DNA from: an uncultured archaeon
GTDB taxonomy: Archaea > Asgardarchaeota > Hermodarchaeia > Hermodarchaeales > Hermodarchaeaceae
DNA length: 32,638 nucleotides
Direction of reading: 5' to 3'
Assembly: GCA_964347045.1 (NCBI GenBank)
Contig: CAYFXC010000020.1
Coordinates: 1-32,638, forward strand
Within the stretch, counting starts at the first letter, position 1. Each line of letters begins with the position of its first letter. Under the pieces are notes generated by a model. It saw only the letters and a program-made list of their open reading frames with translations, had not been told where the DNA came from and searched no databases. A program made the translations under genes and the position numbers. Shown piece by piece: positions 25,089 to 32,638 of this stretch.

Positions 25089-27179
25089 ATGATTCGTGAT
25101 GTTTACGTCCTTATGCGAACAGGCGAGGTTCTCGTGCATAAGGCTTTCAGCAAACGTGGTGTTGATGAAGCCATCTTTAGCGGATTCTACAGCGCCCTCA
25201 GTGCCTTTGCAGAAGAACTCGGACATGGTGGCATTGAAACAATCCAAATGGGCGATGTCAGTTTTTATTATGAGCACAGCGAAGATTTACTATTTGCAAT
25301 TGCAGCAGACAAATCCCATAACGCCCAAGACGTGAAAATCATTCTGACAGAGGTCAAACGCCAGTTCTCAGAAAAATATGGAGACAACTTGAAAGAATGG
25401 AACGGGAATACATCACCCTACCAAAAATTCACAAAAAATATCGAGCTCATCGTCACAGCCAAACGGAACGGTGAAGGCAATGAACCACTCTTTACCCTTC
25501 CCTTTGCACTTGATGGAACGAAGCTTAGAGGTAAAACCATAGATGATCCAGAAATAAATGGAGAGTATATCCTCGATTCCCGCATAGAACTTGCAGTGGT
25601 GCACCTCCTACTCGATGATATTAGACGAGCAGATCCAGAATTAAAGCCCCTTAAAGAAGGATGCTATGAGTTTATCACCAAACTCCTTTGGCCTATATGG
25701 GTTGTAGAAAGTCCAAATAAACGAATACTCCTCATTGATGGTCTTCGGCTTCTTCAGCCCCAAGTAGAAAGAGGATTTGTACCACCTGCTAGCCGATACG
25801 AAGCGCTTCTCAATGTCAACTCGTCTCCAGAATATTTGGCTGTTATGAACAAACTTACTGAAGAAGTTCGGACCGCAGCTCGATCCACACCATTTGACAT
25901 TCATGTTCTCCCCGCTGACCTTTCTCAACTAATTCGCTCACTTTCTCGAATTACCAATGGAGATGACGAATTCGGCATTCAACTTCCTAGTCGAATAAGC
26001 TATAATCAAGCAAAAAAAGAAGCTGAGCAATTTTATGCTGAAGCCATAACTACGCATAAAGATGCAGCGGAACAATGGAATCAGTTCCGCTCATATTTTG
26101 AAAGCGACACCCAAAAATGGCAAGAACGAATTCATACAGAAATCACAACTCTCGAAGAGCATTACGAAACTCGTAAAAACACCCTCAAAAATGAAATAGA
26201 CAAAACACTTACCGAACTTGCTAAACAAGAAGAAAAAGAAATAGGCGCAATCGAAAAATGGCAACAAGGAGAAGAAAATAAAATTCTTGCACCACTAAAA
26301 AACCAGCTCGAACCAATCAACCAAGAACTTAGTCAACAACAAGAAGCGCTAGGCCAATTCCTTTCAAGCAACCCTAATGAAGATTTACGGGCTGACACCT
26401 TTATTGACCAACTTAACCAAACGCTGGATCAATTCAACATCTTTGCAGTTGATTTACGAAATCAAGCGAAGGAAACTCGCCGGCAGATTGAACAAACAAA
26501 GCGGGGTATTTTAGCATTAAATCGGGAAGCCGAGGAACGAAAAGCCAAAGTCCAAAAAAGCTTCCAAATTCGAGAAAAAAATGAAGTTTCACGATTAGAC
26601 GCCCTTGAAGAAGAACGCCAAATCCGAATCCACGAAACTTCTGAACGAATCAAACAACTAGAAGATTTTGCCACCGAGATTGATGACCTCATTCAGCAAC
26701 ATATCATACACAGCCAAGAACAACTCACCACCTATGAAAAATATCTCACAGAAACTGGCGCCCCCTTCTCAGGAGACCTGAAAACACCAATATATCTCCC
26801 TGCATATTTAGCAGGTCTAAGACGGGAAGATGACACAACCAAACTTATTGTAATTCCACCACTCGTTGTCCCAGCATTGAAACAAATTGACGATGTCTCC
26901 ATTGGCCAACAAACTGCTCCTGTGAGCGCTCTTTCACCAGCAATGGTTCAATATTTGAAAGAACCGCTTGAAACAGCGTTATTTAATGATGAAAAGTTTG
27001 CCAAACAAGTCACTCGTTTTTCCCCTCGTCATAATTTACTCTTAGACCCCCAAATAGAGAGTTTACTCTATTCTGGCTTACATGCTCTATGGCAATCGAA
27101 ATTCATTCCTGAACGTACGCACACACAAATCAAGTTAGCTTGCATTGATATATATCGCAGTACAAATGGGAACTCATAG
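25089..27179 (+). CDS. Longin-domain protein with long central coiled coil
   Basis: The N-terminal ~120 aa (MIRDVYVLMRTGEVL...DEAIFSGFYSALSAFAEEL...FAIAAD...F..KY...W.G....F) follow the Asgard longin/sigma-adaptin-like pattern. About 250 aa of heptad-rich sequence is flanked by LLWPIWVV and PIYLPAYL segments. TATA-like TTATATAG at 25053-25060. Confidence 0.78.
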   Translation: MIRDVYVLMRTGEVLVHKAFSKRGVDEAIFSGFYSALSAFAEELGHGGIETIQMGDVSFYYEHSEDLLFAIAADKSHNAQDVKIILTEVKRQFSEKYGDNLKEWNGNTSPYQKFTKNIELIVTAKRNGEGNEPLFTLPFALDGTKLRGKTIDDPEINGEYILDSRIELAVVHLLLDDIRRADPELKPLKEGCYEFITKLLWPIWVVESPNKRILLIDGLRLLQPQVERGFVPPASRYEALLNVNSSPEYLAVMNKLTEEVRTAARSTPFDIHVLPADLSQLIRSLSRITNGDDEFGIQLPSRISYNQAKKEAEQFYAEAITTHKDAAEQWNQFRSYFESDTQKWQERIHTEITTLEEHYETRKNTLKNEIDKTLTELAKQEEKEIGAIEKWQQGEENKILAPLKNQLEPINQELSQQQEALGQFLSSNPNEDLRADTFIDQLNQTLDQFNIFAVDLRNQAKETRRQIEQTKRGILALNREAEERKAKVQKSFQIREKNEVSRLDALEEERQIRIHETSERIKQLEDFATEIDDLIQQHIIHSQEQLTTYEKYLTETGAPFSGDLKTPIYLPAYLAGLRREDDTTKLIVIPPLVVPALKQIDDVSIGQQTAPVSALSPAMVQYLKEPLETALFNDEKFAKQVTRFSPRHNLLLDPQIESLLYSGLHALWQSKFIPERTHTQIKLACIDIYRSTNGNS

Positions 27180-27290
27180 GGTGATTGGGTTAGTTGAGAT
27201 GAAATTAACCTATTAGAAGCTACACAATTCTAATCAACTAAGATCTTTTGAGTCCTCTCCTTGAAACCCTTCCAAAAAACTATACTCACT

Positions 27291-27983
27291 TTATTTAGAA
27301 TTTTGCTGTTTCTTAGCTTCCGATCCAGCGCCTCTACGTGATGCGAGATGCCGAAGAAGACTCACCGTTGTTCGTAGTTTTGATGTCTCCTTTAATATCA
27401 GCGATTCGGCTACTTCCTTGTTCGTAACCATGTTTGCCCGTGTTAACACCTTTTGCATCCAAGCTAACTGATCCTCATCAAAGGCCGGATTAGTTATTGC
27501 CTTCTTTGAGACATTTATGGTCATATGCTGCTTGGTCGACTCAGGAAGCGCAGCATATTCTTCCTTCGTGACCATATATACACAAGCCCCAACATCTACA
27601 CTTTCTGGAAGCACGCGATCCATAAAATCCCGGATTCCCACCGTTACAGGCAACGACCCTATCAACACAACCGTTTGTTCACTTATTCCCGCGGTTAACA
27701 AGGCAGACAAAACCTCTATACCCAGATTATTCATTGCGGTTTGAACCGAAAATGTCACAGGTCGAAACTCAGGTGCCTCTGGTTCACTTTCGGTATACCC
27801 TAAAACGATCCCTGTACGAGAAAATTCTATCTTGAAATCGTGCTCACAGATTTTTCCTGCTACAACCCGTCCCGTCATGGTGTTGCCCTGAATCTTGTCC
27901 CATGTGCCTTCAGGCACTTCCAATTCGCCTTGAGTGCTACAAATTGGACAGGACACTTGCAATTTCACAATCGAACGCCTCAT
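27291..27983 (-). CDS. Hypothetical protein with N-terminal CPxC...CxH zinc-binding module
   Basis: CPIC...CEHDF in a beta-rich N-terminal domain, followed by an alpha/beta domain. This architecture resembles families common in Asgard genomes (recalled, not searched). Confidence 0.72.
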   Translation of the reverse strand: MRRSIVKLQVSCPICSTQGELEVPEGTWDKIQGNTMTGRVVAGKICEHDFKIEFSRTGIVLGYTESEPEAPEFRPVTFSVQTAMNNLGIEVLSALLTAGISEQTVVLIGSLPVTVGIRDFMDRVLPESVDVGACVYMVTKEEYAALPESTKQHMTINVSKKAITNPAFDEDQLAWMQKVLTRANMVTNKEVAESLILKETSKLRTTVSLLRHLASRRGAGSEAKKQQNSK

Positions 27984-28300
27984 AACAGCAAGCCGAATAT
28001 TCAGATGTCGTGGTTCTTCCTCAAATACTCTTCCTTTTTAATCAAATCGAGATAAAGTCCTGTTCCCTCGACTCTATCTATTTAAAAGACATTTAGTACA
28101 ACGAACAGTTATTTGAATAGTCCTTAAATCAGATAAACCTTTTTAAGGCGTCCTGCAAGGGTCACAGTAGCGGTTTGGCAACGACTCCAGCATTATAAAT
28201 CAGCATCAAGGGTGGCATGTGATTCAGCTGAACATTCCCCCCTCGTAATTGAAGAATCGATTGCTGAGTTCCAGAAGCCGCTTCCTCGAGGTCGATATAT

Positions 28301-31300
28301 ATGAATCGTCGAACCCTTTTCAGTTTGACAATCCTCACGCTTTTTCTAATTTCAACGCTTAGCCTTGTTTCTCCAATAACAGAAACATCACTTCCCTCCT
28401 TGGCTAATAGCAATAATGACTACACCAATCGAAAATATGCTTCAGCCCCTCTGCTGCCACCTCCACCACCTGAAGGTCCAAGTTGGGATGGCACAGAATA
28501 TTTGTACGAGGGCCTAGGACAAGTTCTAACAACCCAAGAATACTCACAGGGGAACAACGCGTCACTGCAAGTCTCGGATTTAGATTATGGAGAAACTGTT
28601 TGGGGACAAATTACAATCCCCCAAGGATGGACCGGGTATCAGCTTAGCGCGTCAGTGTATAATTTGTTTGATAATATTTCCCACATTTATGGCAGCACAC
28701 GAAATGGGAATTTTGAATCTGGAACTACCTCTCCAGATAATTGGGTTGAAAGTCAACGCGGTATGTCAGGTAGTGGCCTTGTTGGTCTTGAATGGAATTA
28801 TGGAACAGCATATGGTGAAACGGGTAAAGGCGTCAATGTATGGGCGAATACTACTGGATATAGTTGGGTTTCAAATGCTACATACATCGAGTACGTAGGG
28901 TGGACGCAAACTATCGACCTCAATCGCATCGCTGTCACTTCTGCTACCCTCTTCTTTGATGTCCAATTTTATGATGATGGAATTCATGGTTCAGATGACG
29001 ATGACGAAATGGCTATTTATGTCGAAGTTGGCGGAGCGGAACGCATCTTCGTCTGTCACCGATATGCACTCAACGCCCGTAAAGGCGGTTGGGGATTTCA
29101 TCCAATCGAATACTCACTTTCAGTAGATGATCTTCAAGCCTGGACCACTGATACAATAAACGTTACCATCGGAATGACAGTTGACTTTGATTGGACCGTA
29201 AACAATTATTTTGGTATGGACTTTGACAACGTCCAGCTCATTGTGCGCGGTAAACCGTCTCCTGATGACCTTGGCGTTCAATTGCAACTCAATAACACCA
29301 ACACTTGGTCTAACCTTGATTACGGAATAGGAACAATTTCTCTGACAGACACCTGGGGTCCATATGCTTCAAATAATTACATCTCAGTGAATTGGACCAC
29401 CGCCAGCGGTGGAAGCCGAAACGTCGATTTCGATTATACCCTCACCTTATACATCAAAAGAAGCAAAACCACTGAATCTCAAACCGGACCAGAGGGATCT
29501 GCATTCACTGTCAGACACGGAGAAACCGCCTACTGGACGGCATGGTTCTTTGCACCGTTCTATTCCACCTATTTTGAGCACTATAACTTCACTCTCCAAA
29601 AGCCAACATCAGAAACTTGGACACTTTCATCCGCTATTGATCCAAATCTTCAAGACCAAACAACAGCCGTCAATGCAGCAAGTAACAGCACCCATTTCCG
29701 ATTACCTTCATCTGTCGTAACAGGCTTTGGATGGTGGAACTTCACATTCACTTCGCCAAACCGTGTTGCGGCTATTACCACAAATTTCGATAGTTTCCGC
29801 ATTAGTCCTGGTAGTCCAAACACGATGAGCATTACTGCAACTTTAGATACTGTTACATCCGGACAAGCAAACCTAACTCTCTATGACCCCAATGGCGAAG
29901 CCGTTGACAATCAAACGCAAACAGTCTCCAGTACTTCGGTAAGTTTTACGAACATCCAATTTAATAATGGAACAACCTATCCTGCCGGTGACTATACACT
30001 ATGTGTCAGCTACGACAACGGAGCTACCCCAACCCAAACAGCCGCAGGATTTCGATCAAAGACCATCACAATAACACACGCCTCCGAACTGACCCCTGAT
30101 GAAACCCCAATAAATGTGGTTTATGCAGATACCGGATATTATTATCCGCGAGTGCTTTTCAACGATACTGATGCAAATGTCTTGATTGGAGGAGCCACCG
30201 TCACAGGAACCGTTTCTGGCAATCCAATAACCTTTACTCAGTATGGGGGCTTTTATCAAGCTGAAATTTCCAAGAACCTTCTTGACCCAGGAGATCATGT
30301 GCTAAACATTAACGCCAATAAACAATATTATCTATCGGATTCAACAGCCATTACCATTCAAGTACGGAGCGGAACAAGTCTTACCTCTCCATCTTCCCCT
30401 GGATTTACCCTACCCTATGATGAATCGATCACATTTCAAGTTAGATACTGGGATATTTACAATAATACAGGCATCTCCGGTGCTAGCATCACAACAGATT
30501 GGCCCACTGGTCCATCAGGATCCACTAACGGAACTGCAGGTTGGTACAATATCACAATCGATACTAGTGACCAACCTTCACCTAACACCTATTCATTAGC
30601 AATAAGTGCGTCAAAACCGAACTACCAAACCCAGGTTCTAACACTTACAGTAGTAGTCCGAGAAATTTCTACGACAATTGATTATACCCCACCTGGATCT
30701 GTTGCCTGGGATGAAAATGTCGTCATTAACTTTAATTTCATCGTTGATGATCCGGATAGCCAATATGATGGAAACGGCTTAGCTAGTGCCACCATCACTT
30801 CAGCTCAACTCGACGGGGCTCCCCTAGGTTCGCCAAGCGATTATTCTTTCACCGATCTTGGTAGTGGACAATATAGCTTCACCATTCTATCAACGAGTGG
30901 CAAAATTAGCACGGTAAAATCTTACACCCTTGTTTTAAATATCGCAGCCGCCGATCCAAAGTATAGTGATGCCACCCGAACGATTACTTTCACTGTGCGA
31001 GCTCTTGAAACGGCCATCACCTACACACCACCTCTACCTACACCCTTTGGCGAAGATGTCGTCATTAACTTCACCTACTTTGTAGATGATCCTGAGAGCT
31101 CTCATAATGGAGAAGGAATTACAGGTGTGACTAGCATCGCAGGCACGACCCTTGATGGGAGCGCTCTTCTGGGAGGTCAGTATACACTTGTCGAAATTGG
31201 AGGCGGAGAATACACGCTGACCATTCTCTATTCCAGCGGTCGAATAAACAGCATAAAGAGCTATACGCTTCAGCTTGCGGTAAGTTCACCGTCTTCAAGG

Positions 31301-32638
31301 TACCAAGATAGTAACCGGCAAATCACATTCGCTGTTCGGGCCCTTATCATGCAGATAACCTTTGATCCTATTCCGACAAGCCCATGGGGCAATGATGTCA
31401 TCATCATTTTCTATTATCGAGTCAGTGATACAGCTAGTAGTCAACACGGAACAGGAGTTTCAGGAGTCACGAGTATTGCGGGCTCCACCCTTGACGGTAC
31501 CGGGCTCGTAGGAGGAGATTATACACTTGTTGACAACAGTGGCGGGCAATACACCCTCACCCTCCTCTATTCGAGTGGAAAACTCAACTCAATTAAAACT
31601 TATACTCTATATCTTTATGTTAACAGCCCCGATAGTCAGTATAATGATGCAAGTCAATCAACTGATTTCACTGTACGAAAACTTGCTACCCAAATAACAT
31701 ATGTTCCGGTCATCCCAGTACCTTGGAGTGAGAATGTAGTCATCACGTTCTACTACACCGTTAACGATCCCGCAAGCTCACAGGACGGGACAGGTATCAC
31801 AGGTGTCACCTCAATCGCAGGGTCAACCCTTGATGCCGTTGGTCTGATTCCCACAGACTACATCCTTGCGGATGTGGGGAGCGGCGAATACACCCTCACC
31901 CTCCTATACTCCAGTGGAAAAATAAACAGTATCAAATCATACGCCCTTTCCTTGTATGTGGTCTCACCCGATGCCCAGCATAACGATGCAACTCAATCAA
32001 TTGCTTTTGATGTACGGCAACTACGAACCTTCATTACCTATGATGCAGTTTCAATTACCCCATGGGCAGAAGATGTGGTCATCACCTTCTACTATACCGT
32101 CAACGATCCCACAAGTTCCCTAGATGGTACTGGCATTGCAGGCGTTACCAGCATCGCTGGCTCCACCCTTGACGCCGTCGCCCTCGTTCCCAGCGATTAT
32201 ACCCTTTTCGAAGTGGGAGGGGGTGAATACACCCTCACAATTCTTTATAGTAGTGGCAAACTAAACTCCATTAAAGCATATACACTTGAGCTACACGTGG
32301 TCTCTCCTGACGCTCAACACGAAGACGCGGATCAAACCATTGGCTTTACTGTCCGCACTCTCCTCACATCAATCTCCTTTGATCCAATTCCTCAAGTGCC
32401 GTATGGGGAAAATGTGACGATCACTTTCTACTATGTGGTTAATGATATTGAAAGTTCGCAAGATGGGAACGGCATTACTGGTGTTTCATCCATTGCGGGT
32501 TCCACCCTTGACGCCGTGGCTTTAAATCCCGTTGACTACACGCTTGTTGAAGTAGGAGGCGGCGAATATACACTTACCATTTTGTTCAGTAGTGGAAAAA
32601 TCAGCACGATTAAAACCTACACCCTCGCCCTCCACGTA
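28301..32638 (+). CDS. Giant secreted surface protein/adhesin with tandem Ig-like repeats, 3' end outside window
   Basis: ATG at 28301 after SD-like GAGGT, starting MNRRTLFSLTILTLFLISTLSLVSP (signal-like). I found no in-frame stop in the parts translated, and the frame stays in phase with the repeats to the window end (1446 codons). Thr/Ser/Asp-rich beta-strand sequence, with NGNFESG..PDNW (CBM-like) near the N-terminus. Missing from the ORF track. Confidence 0.9.
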   Translation, partial: MNRRTLFSLTILTLFLISTLSLVSPITETSLPSLANSNNDYTNRKYASAPLLPPPPPEGPSWDGTEYLYEGLGQVLTTQEYSQGNNASLQVSDLDYGETVWGQITIPQGWTGYQLSASVYNLFDNISHIYGSTRNGNFESGTTSPDNWVESQRGMSGSGLVGLEWNYGTAYGETGKGVNVWANTTGYSWVSNATYIEYVGWTQTIDLNRIAVTSATLFFDVQFYDDGIHGSDDDDEMAIYVEVGGAERIFVCHRYALNARKGGWGFHPIEYSLSVDDLQAWTTDTINVTIGMTVDFDWTVNNYFGMDFDNVQLIVRGKPSPDDLGVQLQLNNTNTWSNLDYGIGTISLTDTWGPYASNNYISVNWTTASGGSRNVDFDYTLTLYIKRSKTTESQTGPEGSAFTVRHGETAYWTAWFFAPFYSTYFEHYNFTLQKPTSETWTLSSAIDPNLQDQTTAVNAASNSTHFRLPSSVVTGFGWWNFTFTSPNRVAAITTNFDSFRISPGSPNTMSITATLDTVTSGQANLTLYDPNGEAVDNQTQTVSSTSVSFTNIQFNNGTTYPAGDYTLCVSYDNGATPTQTAAGFRSKTITITHASELTPDETPINVVYADTGYYYPRVLFNDTDANVLIGGATVTGTVSGNPITFTQYGGFYQAEISKNLLDPGDHVLNINANKQYYLSDSTAITIQVRSGTSLTSPSSPGFTLPYDESITFQVRYWDIYNNTGISGASITTDWPTGPSGSTNGTAGWYNITIDTSDQPSPNTYSLAISASKPNYQTQVLTLTVVVREISTTIDYTPPGSVAWDENVVINFNFIVDDPDSQYDGNGLASATITSAQLDGAPLGSPSDYSFTDLGSGQYSFTILSTSGKISTVKSYTLVLNIAAADPKYSDATRTITFTVRALETAITYTPPLPTPFGEDVVINFTYFVDDPESSHNGEGITGVTSIAGTTLDGSALLGGQYTLVEIGGGEYTLTILYSSGRINSIKSYTLQLAVSSPSSRYQDSNRQITFAVRALIMQITFDPIPTSPWGNDVIIIFYYRVSDTASSQHGTGVSGVTSIAGSTLDGTGLVGGDYTLVDNSGGQYTLTLLYSSGKLNSIKTYTLYLYVNSPDSQYNDASQSTDFTVRKLATQITYVPVIPVPWSENVVITFYYTVNDPASSQDGTGITGVTSIAGSTLDAVGLIPTDYILADVGSGEYTLTLLYSSGKINSIKSYALSLYVVSPDAQHNDATQSIAFDVRQLRTFITYDAVSITPWAEDVVITFYYTVNDPTSSLDGTGIAGVTSIAGSTLDAVALVPSDYTLFEVGGGEYTLTILYSSGKLNSIKAYTLELHVVSPDAQHEDADQTIGFTVRTLLTSISFDPIPQVPYGENVTITFYYVVNDIESSQDGNGITGVSSIAGSTLDAVALNPVDYTLVEVGGGEYTLTILFSSGKISTIKTYTLALHV
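30656..32638 (+). repeat. Intragenic tandem repeat, period exactly 339 nt (113 aa), at least 6 units (last truncated)
   Basis: Val-Arg codon pairs recur at 30656, 30995, 31334, 31673, 32012 and 32351. Approximate consensus: VRxLxTxITYxPxxxxPWGEDVVITFYYxVNDPxSSQDGTGITGVTSIAGSTLD...DYTLVEVGGGEYTLTILYSSGKINSIKxYTL. Confidence 0.92.

Noticed and set aside
28162-30599. Short track ORFs (28162, 28587, 29409, 29650, 30056, 30417)
   Set aside because: All overlap the long frame from 28301 in other frames or on the other strand, and none has recognisable motifs.
30656-32638. Regularly spaced repeats as a CRISPR array or DGR
   Set aside because: The period is 339 nt, in frame within a CDS, with variation mostly at synonymous sites. 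There are no unique spacers, cas genes or reverse transcriptase.

Overview
A gene-dense, roughly 43% GC archaeal chromosomal segment, very probably from an Asgard archaeon: it carries a Rab-like GTPase, a one-domain gelsolin, a longin-domain protein, a CdvA-like coiled-coil/zinc-ribbon protein and a giant Ig-like-repeat surface protein. The two edge genes are missing from the ORF track because they run off the window: a secreted LVIVD-repeat protein (<1..1663, -) and a >1446-aa surface protein (28301..>32638, +) with exact 339-nt tandem repeats. The best candidate for an undescribed system is at 1-13.8 kb. Two secreted multi-domain proteins share a C-terminal 'P-rich-LPWWWWI-TM-basic' anchor and an identical 3' hairpin stem. 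They sit next to a lipid-linked-sugar cluster made of a nucleotidyltransferase, a Dol-P-sugar-synthase-like GT2, a flippase-like protein, a DUF362 protein and two translationally coupled GT-C (GT87-like) paralogs; a third GT-C lies at 23.4-25 kb. Other notable items are an HSR1/Phr-type regulator divergent from hsp20 with visible operator boxes, and a Rab-like gene with no ATG/GTG/TTG upstream of its P-loop. I saw no rRNA, tRNA, CRISPR array or mobile element. All family calls come from motif recognition by eye; no database searches were run.
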